Counted from the stretch's first letter, positions 16,904 to 26,651 are shown. The stretch is 27,671 nucleotides of DNA from Candidatus Sumerlaeales bacterium (GCA_038243585.1 JBBSQY010000043.1:1-27671); one strand, 5' to 3'. Notes: generated from the letters alone by a model not told the origin. Translations and numbers: made by a program.

Positions 16904-18034
16904 ATGGCATTGCACATTGACCCCCGCGATAGAAAACTGGCGCAAATGCTGGTGGAATATTCTGTCAAGGCGCGTCCCGGAGACCTGGTGTTTATCCAGG
17001 TCTCCGGATACGACGCCATGGCTCTGGGTGCCGCCTGCGTAGAGGAGACCGCCCGTGTCGGCGCTGCCCCCTATCTGCATTTTGTAGATGCAGAAATCCA
17101 GCGCCGCTTCTTGCAGACCGCAAACGATGAGGTGCTTAAACGGCTGGCCCGCCTGGAAATGAAACAGATGAAGGACGCCGATTGCTTTATTGGCATCCGG
17201 GGCGCGGCGAACATCTTCGAACTGAGCGACGTGCCGCGCGAGCGGATGGAAGCGTATATGAAGCATGTGGTTAAGCCTGTTCATCTGGAAGAGCGAGTAA
17301 AGCGGACCCGCTGGGTTGTGCTTCGGTATCCTAATGAGAGCACGGCGCAGATGTCTGGTAGCAGCACGGACGCTTTCCGGGACTTTTATTACGATGTTTG
17401 CCTGGTTGATTACGTCAAAATGGCGCGGGACGTCAAACCGCTGCAAAAACTTATGGAGAAAACTGATCGGGTACGTCTTGTTGCTCCGGGTACGGACCTG
17501 GAATTTTCGATCAAGGGAATTCCTGCGATTCCCTGCTGCGGAGAGATGAATGTCCCCGACGGCGAATGCTTCACCGCGCCGGTGCGCACAAGCGTCAACG
17601 GCGTGGTGGCTTTTAACGCTCCGACGGTGTGGCAAGGCACGCCGTATGATGGTGTGAGGCTGGTGTTTGAAAAAGGGAAAGTGGTGGAAGCAACCGCCGC
17701 CGATGCCGCACAGACGCAAAAGCTGAACGAGGTTCTCGACCAGGATCCGGGTGCTCGTTACCTGGGAGAATTCGCGTTGGGCTTTAATCCCAAAGTGCTG
17801 CACCCGATGCGCGATATCCTGTTTGATGAAAAAATCGCAGGCAGCTTTCACATGGCCCTGGGCCAGGCTTATGACGAGGCAAGCAACGGTAACAAAAGCG
17901 CCGTCCACTGGGACATGGTCTGCATCCAGCGACCAGACTATGGTGGCGGAGAAGTCTGGTTTGATGGCAAACTGATCCGCAAAGACGGCAAGTTTCTGCC
18001 AAAGAATCTGGGCGCGCTAAACCACAAAGTGTAG
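16904..18034 (+). CDS. M29-family aminopeptidase (AmpS/AmpT/PepS-like)
   Basis: NVPDGECF, GEFALGFN, ILFDEKI, FHMALG..Y and SAVHWDMV metal-binding motifs. No signal peptide. Confidence 0.94.
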   Translation: MALHIDPRDRKLAQMLVEYSVKARPGDLVFIQVSGYDAMALGAACVEETARVGAAPYLHFVDAEIQRRFLQTANDEVLKRLARLEMKQMKDADCFIGIRGAANIFELSDVPRERMEAYMKHVVKPVHLEERVKRTRWVVLRYPNESTAQMSGSSTDAFRDFYYDVCLVDYVKMARDVKPLQKLMEKTDRVRLVAPGTDLEFSIKGIPAIPCCGEMNVPDGECFTAPVRTSVNGVVAFNAPTVWQGTPYDGVRLVFEKGKVVEATAADAAQTQKLNEVLDQDPGARYLGEFALGFNPKVLHPMRDILFDEKIAGSFHMALGQAYDEASNGNKSAVHWDMVCIQRPDYGGGEVWFDGKLIRKDGKFLPKNLGALNHKV

Positions 18035-18053
18035 GCCGGCTCAGCCTCTCCAA

Positions 18054-21000
18054 TTACCAGCCGGGGACAGTGGTTGATTTTTCTTCGTTGGCGCCGGCGA
18101 CTACCACAAATGTTTCTACTACCGATTTGCCCCCTAGCTGGGCAGTCACCTGGTACGTGCCACCGGCAAGACCCCTTTGCACGAACAATCCGTCCGGACC
18201 GGTCATGCCGCTCCGGGTCTCTTCCGGCGGATCAGAGGTTACGGGAACCACGGTCATGGTCGCCCCCGCAGCCGCGGTTCCGTCCGCTTTTTTTAGTCTC
18301 CAATGCAAAGCGCCCGCAGCATACAACACGTCCTCGATTTTAACGGTTTCGTTCGCCTTGATTTCCACCTGGCGCTCGCTCTGGCTGTGGCTCCAGTAGC
18401 TGACGTTGGTGGTGTATGTGCCCGGTGGTATGTTCTCAATTACCATCTGGCCGGATGCGTCTCGCTTGGCGCTGTGGGTGAACGGTCCATTTTCACCATG
18501 GAGGTAGCACCAGGCCTCCTGCACGCCCTGGCCGGTGGCGTAGCTGAGGGCCATGCTCACGAGCGTGCCGCCTTCGCTGCTCAGTTGCAACTGCACCTGC
18601 GCCGGCTGTCCGTCTTGAACCTGCACATCGCTTTTCATGGCCGTTCCGGCGCCCTCTTTGGTGGCGCTCACGGAGAAGGTTCCCGGCCCGAGGCCCTTAA
18701 ACTCCGCTTTGCCGTTTACGTCCGTAACTTGTCTACCGGCGGTGCGGGTCAGCCAGCGCTGGTCGAAGCCGGTGTTGCTGCTTTTCTGGCTGAGGTTTAC
18801 GGTAGCCTGCTGAGCTGGTTCTCCGGCGGCGTCGGTTACGGTTACTTCAATGCGCCCGTCAGGAAGTTCAAAGTTTTTAACAAATTCCGCCTGGTCCGGC
18901 ACGTCTACGGTTTCCTTAATCGGACCATTGGAGTTTCCCTGCTGCGGATCCACTGAAAATTCGTACTTGCCGGGAATGGCGTTTTTTATGGTGTATTCAC
19001 CACTTTGGGCATAGCCGCTGATAATCTGACCATCTGCGCCTGTTGCCCTCACGCTGGCCTGGACGGGCGCGCCGGCTCTGGTTACGGTTCCCTTTATGGT
19101 GACGCCGCCCAGCCGCAATGTTACCTCGGCGGCTCCCTCCGCCGCCAGTTGGACGCTTTTGCTGGCGCTTTCCACCCGCGCCGTATAGTTTCCCGCCGGC
19201 AGCCCCGCAAACTCAAATCGGCCCTCTGCGTTAGTCGTTGCCTTTTTGTTCAGTTGAACGTCTTCAGAATACATGGTTATGGAGACTGATTGGCTGGGTA
19301 CTGGCTCGTCGTCTGCTCCGCGAACTACCAGGCCCTTAATCGTTCCTCCGTTAGTCATTTCTATGTCGCCCATGTCCACTGTCTCTTCACTTTTAACGTC
19401 CACCGGCCGGCTGACTTCGCTGAGGGGCGGGGTGGGCTTGAACTGAACGGTGTTCCGCCCGGTGGGGGCGGGCGCCAGCAGGAACCGGCCGTCTTTGTCC
19501 GTGGAGGAATGGTTTGGCGGACTGATGCGGCTCCGCTCATAATACTGGGTTGTGCCCCAGTTGATTACTACCATGTCTGGTATTGGCTTTCCCGTGGCGC
19601 GTTCAATGACGCGCCCGGTTATTCCGCCGCCTTTTCCAAGGCGAAACGTCTGCGTGATGTCTGCGCCGTCCTGACTGGACGTAGTTTCAAACTTCTGCTC
19701 CATATATCCGGGGCTGGAAATTTTGACGTTATAGCCATAATTTCGCCGAACGCCGACGAGTTCAAATTTGCCAGCCTCGGCCAGCATTTTCAGCTCAACG
19801 TTTGACGATGGTTCCACCTTAAAGTCTTTCATAGGCTCGCCGGATACATCGTCCAGGACTGTCCCAATAAACCGGATGCTATCTTTGCTCTCTTCCGCAT
19901 TTCTGTCGAGAATAATTTCCAATCCTGTAGTTCCAGCTTTCACCCCGGGCATTTCCTTGCGCTCCCAATTGCCGGAAGCCGCTACGTTATAAACGCCTTC
20001 GACAATTTCCTTAAATACGAACTTTCCATCCTTGTCGCTTTGTTCATGGCGCAGGTTGTCTCCCGGTCCTCGTGCGCTGACGGAGGCTGAGGCTACAGGC
20101 TTGCGGTCGCCATCCACCACCCGGCCGGAAATCTCGAAAGCCTGCTGCAGGGAAAGATCCGCTCCGGTCCGCACCTCTCCAGACGCGAGAGTCAATTCGA
20201 GCTCTTCAGACGCCGCAAATCCGTCTTTCTTTGCCTTAAATGTGGCTGATTGGGGCACATCTTTTACAGTATATTCGCCCTTGGCACCTGAGCGCGCAAC
20301 CTCTTTATTGGTAGTGAAGACAGTATAGGATTTTGACTGACTGATGGCGGCATCTTCTACCGGCTGTCCATCCGGGCCAAGCACCCGCCCCTGCACAACG
20401 GCACCGACTTGAATTACAATTTTGACGCCTTCCACGTCCTTCGTAGTCAGCTCTTGAGATTCGGAAAGGGCCGGTGCGAAACCGGCTCCCTCGGCTTCTA
20501 CCACGATAGTGCTAAAGGGCATGGCTTCAAGTTCAAAAGTTCCGTCGGCGTTGACCTGCTTCGATTTTGTATTACGGCTGAAGGAGCGGTTGTCATACGC
20601 CGTGACCTTGGCATGAGGAACCGGCATCTCATCTTTTGTGACTACGATCCCCTTGATTAAAATCGTTTTGATCATGGGCACGTCTTTTGTCGCTTCAGTG
20701 CTGTCGTCTGAAAGCACAACGGAGAGTATTTCAGGGCTGAAGTTTTCTGTTCCCTCCGCACGGTATCCTTCCAGTTCCGCAGTTAGTCTCGACTGGCCTC
20801 CGCCCGTTGGGTAAATCCCGTCGATTCGGAAGCGGCCGGACGCATCGGTAACGGCTTCAGGCGCTCCATTCACACGACTGCCAGCCATGCTGACTTTTGC
20901 TCCAGACAGTGGATCATCTGTGTCTTTGTCAAACACGCGTCCGGTTATGGCATGGCCCGGATATACGAATAGGGCAACATCCGTCGTCTCTCCCTCGGCG

Positions 21001-22079
21001 ACCTGTAGCGGCGGCGGGATCGGCATCGCCAGGCCAAGTTTTTTCTCTTTGTCCGTGGGAACATACAGCCGTTTCGTGCCGGAGGAGATCCTTTCAAATT
21101 GGAAAGATCCATCTGCTCCGGAAGTCATCTGAAACCTTTCCAGCTTCTCCAGTCCCAGAGCGGTGCCCGGCAGCAACATAACAGAGATCCCGGAAACTGC
21201 GGCCCCGGTCTGTTTGTGGTAGACATGGCCGCTGAGGGTTCCACCGCGGGCTCCGAGGCGCAAGGTGACTGAACCGGAGGAGGGCACAGTAATTTCTTCG
21301 GTCACCGCCGCGTAATCCGGGTGCGCTGTGCCGATCATCCATGTGCCACTGGCGATGTAGTTAAGATCAAAAGTTCCGGATGCGCTGGTAGTGGTTTCCG
21401 TGGTGTCGAATAAGCGGGTTTCCTGTTTGTCGATTTTTGGCTTCAGGTGAACGGGAACCCCCGCCATTGGCTGGCCGGTTTCGTTGACGACCACGCCGGT
21501 GAGTTTGTGGCTGGGCAGGAGCTTTATGTCTTTACGAATACGGGTGTGGCCCGGCTTTGGCGCGCTATCGGAAAACAGGTCCTGACTGTCCAGGTGCAGC
21601 TGCATGGGCGCAACGTTTCCCTTGATCTGAAGGTGCATCAAGGCCGACACCTTCGGCGCATGCACTTCGTAATGCCCTTCTCCGTCGGTGGTTGATGAGG
21701 ACAGGGCGTCTTTATAAGAGAAGGTGTTGTCTCCGAGGCGGTTCATCTGGATAGTGTGGAACTCTACGAGAACATCGGGGGCCACGGCGCCGTCTTCGGT
21801 GGTTATTTTTCCGTATACGGTCACGGTTGGTTCGGTGGTGGCGGAATCTTTCGCTTTGCCGAGGGCGCCGGCTCCAGAACCGGCCACGCCGCCGGTCTTT
21901 CGCGCGGGCGACTTTGCGGTTTTGATGGCGGTTACTTTAGTTTGCTGCGAGTCCGACTCCGCTTCTGACGCGTCGGCCCTGGAGGGCTGTCCGGAAGCGG
22001 TAGGCCCAGGCTTGCACGCAGTTAATGCCAGGCAGCATGCCACAAGCATAATGGGAAATGAACCTTTAATAAGTTTCAT
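18054..22079 (-). CDS. Large lipoprotein made of ~14 carboxypeptidase-regulatory-like (prealbumin/Cna-B-like) repeats
   Basis: Start reassigned to ATG 22079 (GAGGAGA RBS upstream). Lipobox LTAC with Cys22. Recurring ~90-aa units: (I/L)xGxVxxxxGxPxxxAxV...T.xxGxF...GxY. Confidence 0.88.
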   Translation of the reverse strand: MKLIKGSFPIMLVACCLALTACKPGPTASGQPSRADASEAESDSQQTKVTAIKTAKSPARKTGGVAGSGAGALGKAKDSATTEPTVTVYGKITTEDGAVAPDVLVEFHTIQMNRLGDNTFSYKDALSSSTTDGEGHYEVHAPKVSALMHLQIKGNVAPMQLHLDSQDLFSDSAPKPGHTRIRKDIKLLPSHKLTGVVVNETGQPMAGVPVHLKPKIDKQETRLFDTTETTTSASGTFDLNYIASGTWMIGTAHPDYAAVTEEITVPSSGSVTLRLGARGGTLSGHVYHKQTGAAVSGISVMLLPGTALGLEKLERFQMTSGADGSFQFERISSGTKRLYVPTDKEKKLGLAMPIPPPLQVAEGETTDVALFVYPGHAITGRVFDKDTDDPLSGAKVSMAGSRVNGAPEAVTDASGRFRIDGIYPTGGGQSRLTAELEGYRAEGTENFSPEILSVVLSDDSTEATKDVPMIKTILIKGIVVTKDEMPVPHAKVTAYDNRSFSRNTKSKQVNADGTFELEAMPFSTIVVEAEGAGFAPALSESQELTTKDVEGVKIVIQVGAVVQGRVLGPDGQPVEDAAISQSKSYTVFTTNKEVARSGAKGEYTVKDVPQSATFKAKKDGFAASEELELTLASGEVRTGADLSLQQAFEISGRVVDGDRKPVASASVSARGPGDNLRHEQSDKDGKFVFKEIVEGVYNVAASGNWERKEMPGVKAGTTGLEIILDRNAEESKDSIRFIGTVLDDVSGEPMKDFKVEPSSNVELKMLAEAGKFELVGVRRNYGYNVKISSPGYMEQKFETTSSQDGADITQTFRLGKGGGITGRVIERATGKPIPDMVVINWGTTQYYERSRISPPNHSSTDKDGRFLLAPAPTGRNTVQFKPTPPLSEVSRPVDVKSEETVDMGDIEMTNGGTIKGLVVRGADDEPVPSQSVSITMYSEDVQLNKKATTNAEGRFEFAGLPAGNYTARVESASKSVQLAAEGAAEVTLRLGGVTIKGTVTRAGAPVQASVRATGADGQIISGYAQSGEYTIKNAIPGKYEFSVDPQQGNSNGPIKETVDVPDQAEFVKNFELPDGRIEVTVTDAAGEPAQQATVNLSQKSSNTGFDQRWLTRTAGRQVTDVNGKAEFKGLGPGTFSVSATKEGAGTAMKSDVQVQDGQPAQVQLQLSSEGGTLVSMALSYATGQGVQEAWCYLHGENGPFTHSAKRDASGQMVIENIPPGTYTTNVSYWSHSQSERQVEIKANETVKIEDVLYAAGALHWRLKKADGTAAAGATMTVVPVTSDPPEETRSGMTGPDGLFVQRGLAGGTYQVTAQLGGKSVVETFVVVAGANEEKSTTVPGW

Positions 22080-22272
22080 GGGAAGATCTCCTCGGACATT
22101 TTGCGGCATAAATGCGTGCCACCCAGTAAAAACCAATTATCGGACAAGGGAATTTGCAAGAGCGAAAGAGGGTTCCATCGCCGAGACGCCAACGGGGAAT
22201 ATTTTGTTATGTAAATTTCCATTTATGCACTTGTCAGTCAGCGGTTTAATATTGTAACGTCTTATTAGTGCT

Positions 22273-23736
22273 ATGACAAATCGATCACAGGGTTCTTTTC
22301 AGCGTTCGTTTTTTCGGGGGCGCGGCTTGCTTGTGCTGGCGCTTGCCCTTGGCTTGGCGGTTTTGCTGTTGCCGCGCTACGCGCCGAATGTGGGCTCTCG
22401 ACGGTCTGTGGCACAAGACGATGATGCCGGAGTTTCGGAAGCGAGAATTACGCGGCTTGAGGAACCGTCTGGAGCGCGAATTCGTGCCAGAGATAGACCT
22501 CGGTCTACTTTTCAAACTCCGGTTAAGTCCGGCGTCGCCACCTCTGCGACGGTTGTCCAAGACACATCGACCACCGACACCGGAACCACTGTGCCACTCC
22601 AGCAGGAGGCTTATCTACTGGCTCTTATGGCCATGATGGAAATGGACGGACGAGACAACGCGTTGATCCATTACGCCCTGGCCGCTGAGGTCGCGCCGCC
22701 TCATCCCAGTTCGGAACAAGTCGCTCTTATTGAGCTTGTTCTCAGGGAAGGATGGGATGAACGCGCGGAGCCGCTTCTTCCCTATCTGCTGGCCTGGCAG
22801 GACGCGTTTGAGAAGCTGCATTTTGGCGCTGACCTGAACTACGCTCGTGGTATCGGGTATGAGATGGGGCAAAATACACCGGGGCCGAACTATCTCAAGA
22901 TCCGGGAGGCTCCAAAAATGCTGGCGGTTTACAGCCGCTACCTGGAGTCGCAAGGGCAGGGAGGCGACGCCTTGCGGCAGCTTGAAACCATACTCTCAAT
23001 GGGTCGCGACTTTAACAGCCCTGATAACACAATCGTAACTAATCTTATTGGAACGTCTTTTGAAGACTTTGGTTTGCGCCAGCTTAGCGAAATCGTATCA
23101 AGCGATGCCCTTACACCTTCCCAGCTTGCAGCCGCTAATGATCATCTGAAAAATGTCGAATTGGGGCAGCCCGCCATACAGTCGGTCATCGACGGGGAAA
23201 TGCAGACGGCGCTCAACTCCTATCGCGAGATAATGAGTGACCCTGCTTATGCGGAGCAGTCTAAGGGAGGTGAGTCTGCGCAGGATGTTGCCCTGTCTGT
23301 TGCGGAGTATGAAAAGGCACACCAAGCGCTGTGGACCAGTTTGTCTGAGCAGTTCAGTACGCCTTACTGGGAACGTGACCCTGTCGTTTTATCGACGCTT
23401 TCGGGTGTCATACCAATGCCGAACTTTACTGCGGCAGAGGTGCGTTTCCTTTCTGTTACTTCCAGGTTGAGGCAGCAGCAGATCGATGTTGCTGCGCAGC
23501 GTTATTTGTCGGATCATCAGGCTTTGCCTCGCGACATTGAAACGCTTGTGAACCAGAGCTATCTGCCTTCAAATCCGGTTGACCCATTTACCGGGACACC
23601 GTTCACCTATAAGCCTAATGGAGATGGATATCAGCTTTTTGGGAGTGGGCCAAACATCGGGTCGCCACAGGAACCGGACGTGGACTGGAGTCCAACGAAG
23701 GGGGTGCTTAGCGGGGGCGTAATCCGCACCCGCTGA
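22273..23736 (+). CDS. Membrane-anchored hypothetical protein, helical body with GspG-like C-terminal motif
   Basis: 487-aa ORF with one N-terminal hydrophobic helix and a Thr-rich linker. C-terminal LPRDIETLV..YL...PVDPFTGTPFTY....GYQLFGSGPN. Confidence 0.75.
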   Translation: MTNRSQGSFQRSFFRGRGLLVLALALGLAVLLLPRYAPNVGSRRSVAQDDDAGVSEARITRLEEPSGARIRARDRPRSTFQTPVKSGVATSATVVQDTSTTDTGTTVPLQQEAYLLALMAMMEMDGRDNALIHYALAAEVAPPHPSSEQVALIELVLREGWDERAEPLLPYLLAWQDAFEKLHFGADLNYARGIGYEMGQNTPGPNYLKIREAPKMLAVYSRYLESQGQGGDALRQLETILSMGRDFNSPDNTIVTNLIGTSFEDFGLRQLSEIVSSDALTPSQLAAANDHLKNVELGQPAIQSVIDGEMQTALNSYREIMSDPAYAEQSKGGESAQDVALSVAEYEKAHQALWTSLSEQFSTPYWERDPVVLSTLSGVIPMPNFTAAEVRFLSVTSRLRQQQIDVAAQRYLSDHQALPRDIETLVNQSYLPSNPVDPFTGTPFTYKPNGDGYQLFGSGPNIGSPQEPDVDWSPTKGVLSGGVIRTR

Positions 23737-23748
23737 AATCAGCGCCTG

Positions 23749-25434
23749 TTACTGGGATAAAGCTTTTAACAGTTCTTGCCTGGTCTCCCGGAACAGCTGG
23801 ATATCGGTGTCGTATTTATCGAAGTTCAGGATGTGGCGCTGCGCCAGGCCCATGGCGGCTTCCGGGTCTTTTTCGCCAAGCTGGCTTAGTAATTCATGGT
23901 CTTCAATTCCGTCGCGCATAGCTTCGTACCGGATCGAATCAATGACGCCTGGACCGTCGGGGTCAGGATAGACGATGTTGGCGTCTCCGCCGGGAAGCTG
24001 GGCCTGACGGTAATCCGCGGCGTCTTCCCAGGGGTGGGGTGTCCAGAAGTTGTAGCCCCAGTGGAGGTAGCCGTCGGCTCCGTAGCGATAGTTGATCCAG
24101 TGGAGGAGCCGCGTTTTAATCAGGGGCAGTTCCAGGAACCGGTTGGCGTATTCTCCGGCGGGATACATACAGGTGTAAAACCAGACCTGGTCGCCGGCGG
24201 CTTTGCGCTCTTTGAAGAAGTCGTAGCCTTTATGAAAATGGTCGAGCTGCGGAATCCAGATGTCGACGGTGCCGACCATTTTCTGCGACTGGCAGGCTTC
24301 CATGATGCGAAGTTTTGGCGCGTATTGTTTCAGGAGCGCGGCGGCGGTGGTGTAGCTGTCGACGTTGGCGTCGAGGGGTTCATCGCCGACGTGCTGCACG
24401 TATTTATCCAGCCAGCCTTTCTCCTCCAGGTGGTTCTGGAGTTGCGGAAACCAGGCGGCGTAAAATTCGCGGGCTTCGGGGCTGTCGGGGGAGAGCTTTT
24501 TTGATGTCCATTTTTCGCCGTCCGGCTGATAGACGGTAACTCCGAAATCTGATCTCCAGCCTTTGGTGCGGAACGCGAAATGTTGGCCCTCGACCATTTG
24601 CAGCCCGCCGTCCAGAAGGGTGTCCATCCATTTGTCGAAGTGGGTGAAATCGGCTTGCAGCATGCCTTCTTTGTCGCGGGAGAATTGGATGGCGTCCAGA
24701 GTTTCGATCCACCCCCAGTTTTGCCGGTGGGCGACCATGCTTTTTACGTAGCCGTTGAGGACGGCGAAAAATCCGTCGGAGTAGCGCTTGGGCATTGGCC
24801 AGTTGTCATGAGTCCACATCTGATGCCATAGGGTTACGTTTAGGCGGGTCGTGTTGATGGTGGCTGGGTAGACGCGCACGGTCAACGGGACGGTGGCGCT
24901 GGTTTCGACGCCGAGGCGGCGGGCGGTCAGGGTAGAGGTGGCGATGTAGTCGCCCGGCGGAACATCGGTCGCGATCGGGACCGAGATCCATATGGCCTGG
25001 TTGTCCCCGGCAGAGACGTCTATTTTCTCGATGGGGAGAAGGGGATCGGGATACATCGCCGGTGCTGGCCGAAGGATATCGCTGGCGGTGGTGAGGCCGG
25101 AGATGCTGGAGCCGACGTAGCCGACGTAGCGCAGCTGGGGGTCTGAAAGCTGTTCGTTGCCGCCGGTGCGGGTAAAGGTCGTCACGGTGCAGCGGACATC
25201 TTTGAGATCGACTGGGGAGGATGTGACCACAACCTGAAACGTGGCCTGTTCGCCACGAGCGGAGTCGGCCTGGCCATGGGCCGAGCCTGTGACCGCTTCG
25301 TTTCGGAAAATTTTGATTAACGGATCGACCGTCACAACATGAATTGGGGGGAGCGGCGCGGCGCTGGCAACGCCTGCGAATAGCAGAGTCGCTAGTAGGA
25401 AATTGAGTCGATAGTTTTTCAGTAATTTTTGCAT
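23749..25434 (-). CDS. Secreted DUF4091 / GH123-like glycoside hydrolase
   Basis: Signal peptide ending ASA, ARGEQATFQV, adjacent acidic pair in VGDEP, WFYTC, GYLHWGYNFW, GDANIVYP and SIRYEAMRDGIEDHELL. Confidence 0.85.
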   Translation of the reverse strand: MQKLLKNYRLNFLLATLLFAGVASAAPLPPIHVVTVDPLIKIFRNEAVTGSAHGQADSARGEQATFQVVVTSSPVDLKDVRCTVTTFTRTGGNEQLSDPQLRYVGYVGSSISGLTTASDILRPAPAMYPDPLLPIEKIDVSAGDNQAIWISVPIATDVPPGDYIATSTLTARRLGVETSATVPLTVRVYPATINTTRLNVTLWHQMWTHDNWPMPKRYSDGFFAVLNGYVKSMVAHRQNWGWIETLDAIQFSRDKEGMLQADFTHFDKWMDTLLDGGLQMVEGQHFAFRTKGWRSDFGVTVYQPDGEKWTSKKLSPDSPEAREFYAAWFPQLQNHLEEKGWLDKYVQHVGDEPLDANVDSYTTAAALLKQYAPKLRIMEACQSQKMVGTVDIWIPQLDHFHKGYDFFKERKAAGDQVWFYTCMYPAGEYANRFLELPLIKTRLLHWINYRYGADGYLHWGYNFWTPHPWEDAADYRQAQLPGGDANIVYPDPDGPGVIDSIRYEAMRDGIEDHELLSQLGEKDPEAAMGLAQRHILNFDKYDTDIQLFRETRQELLKALSQ

Positions 25435-25674
25435 AAGTCAGGCCTTGGTGTAATCGATTGCACAAATCCAGAGAAATTGCGCCTTCGATTTTTTTATTTT
25501 GTTACGTTTCCGGCTAAGTCTTTTAATCTGAGAGTTGTAGAGCGTTCTGTTGCAGAAATCATTTTTTTTCTAAGTCTACTGTAGTCAGTGTTTCGTGCCC
25601 CGAATTAATTGGTGTTAAATGTTCTTTTTGTGATGATTGCAATGTTTATCCAGGGTGCGTGCGGGCAGAGGATT

Positions 25675-25683
25675 TGATATAAT
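25675..25683 (+). promoter_or_regulatory. Extended -10 promoter element for the NYN gene
   Basis: Perfect TGnTATAAT (TGATATAAT) about 100 nt upstream of ATG 25785, in an AT-rich divergent intergenic region. Confidence 0.5.
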
Positions 25684-25784
25684 GTCGCGAACGACAGAGG
25701 CTGTGCATTCTTAAACAAAGGGTTGATTGCCAGTAAGCAGTGCATGCACTACTAGTCTAACTTTTCATCCAGGCGGACTTTCCA

Positions 25785-26651
25785 ATGGCACTTTTATCAC
25801 CCGTTCCAAATAAACGCGCTAACATCGCCGTTCTCATCGACGGAGACAATGCCCAGCCGGCCCTCCTTGAAAAGATTCTTCTCGAAGTTGCCCGATACGG
25901 ACGCCCGACCATCCGTCGCATCTACGGCGATTGGACCACAGCCCAAATGAACTCCTGGAAAGTATCCCTGCACGACCACGCAATCAGCCCTGTGCAGCAA
26001 TTCCGAAATACGGTTGGAAAGAATGCCACCGATAGTGCGCTCATCATTGACGCCATGGATATCCTCAATAGTCACGCCGTCGGAACCTTTTGCATCGTAT
26101 CCAGCGACAGCGACTTTACCCGCCTCGCCACTCGAATTCGCGAAGAAGGCATTCAGGTGATCGGAATCGGAAAACGCCAGACCCCCCAGGCATTCGTTAA
26201 AGCATGTGATGTTTTCATCCACACCGAAATTCTTGAAGAGCAGGTCTCTGAAGACTGCAACGTCATCCCCGTTGCCGCTCCGCCGGCCGCGAAAACCAAA
26301 ACAGCAAAACCCGTCTCAGCTGCAAAAACCGGAACCCCCGCCAAAACTAAGGTGCCGGTTAAGGCTGTAGTTTCACCACCCAAAGCCGCTGCTAAAAAAC
26401 CTGATCTATCTCCGGCGCTAAAAGCCTTAAAAAAAGCATTTGAAATGACAGTGCAGGAGGACGGATGGGCGCATTTATCAGCAATGGGAACGGCCCTTCG
26501 CCAGATAAACCCGGCGTTTGACTCACGAGAATTCGGATCCTCCACACTGTCGAAACTTATCCAGCGATGCCCGACCCAGTATCAGCTCAAACGCCCCAAA
26601 GGACCAGGAGAAGATGGCCCCTACGTGGGTGTCGTTAAACCAGCCAAATAA
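25785..26651 (+). CDS. NYN (PIN-like, LabA/DUF88) domain protein with C-terminal OST-HTH/LOTUS domain
   Basis: LIDGDN, RRIYGDW, GKNATD.ALIIDAMD and SSDSDFTRLA. C-terminal DGWAHLSAMG......PAFDSREFG...LSKLI. Confidence 0.93.
   Translation: MALLSPVPNKRANIAVLIDGDNAQPALLEKILLEVARYGRPTIRRIYGDWTTAQMNSWKVSLHDHAISPVQQFRNTVGKNATDSALIIDAMDILNSHAVGTFCIVSSDSDFTRLATRIREEGIQVIGIGKRQTPQAFVKACDVFIHTEILEEQVSEDCNVIPVAAPPAAKTKTAKPVSAAKTGTPAKTKVPVKAVVSPPKAAAKKPDLSPALKALKKAFEMTVQEDGWAHLSAMGTALRQINPAFDSREFGSSTLSKLIQRCPTQYQLKRPKGPGEDGPYVGVVKPAK

Noticed and set aside
16469..17908. 479-aa minus-strand ORF
   Set aside because: It is the antisense shadow of the well-supported M29 aminopeptidase and GHL10 genes, with no recognisable motifs.
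22080..22136. N-terminal 19-aa extension of the repeat lipoprotein
   Set aside because: A strong RBS and signal-peptide geometry favour ATG 22079.
23896..25465. 202-aa (+) and 219-aa (-) alternative-frame ORFs
   Set aside because: They are GC-driven shadow frames of the DUF4091 hydrolase gene.
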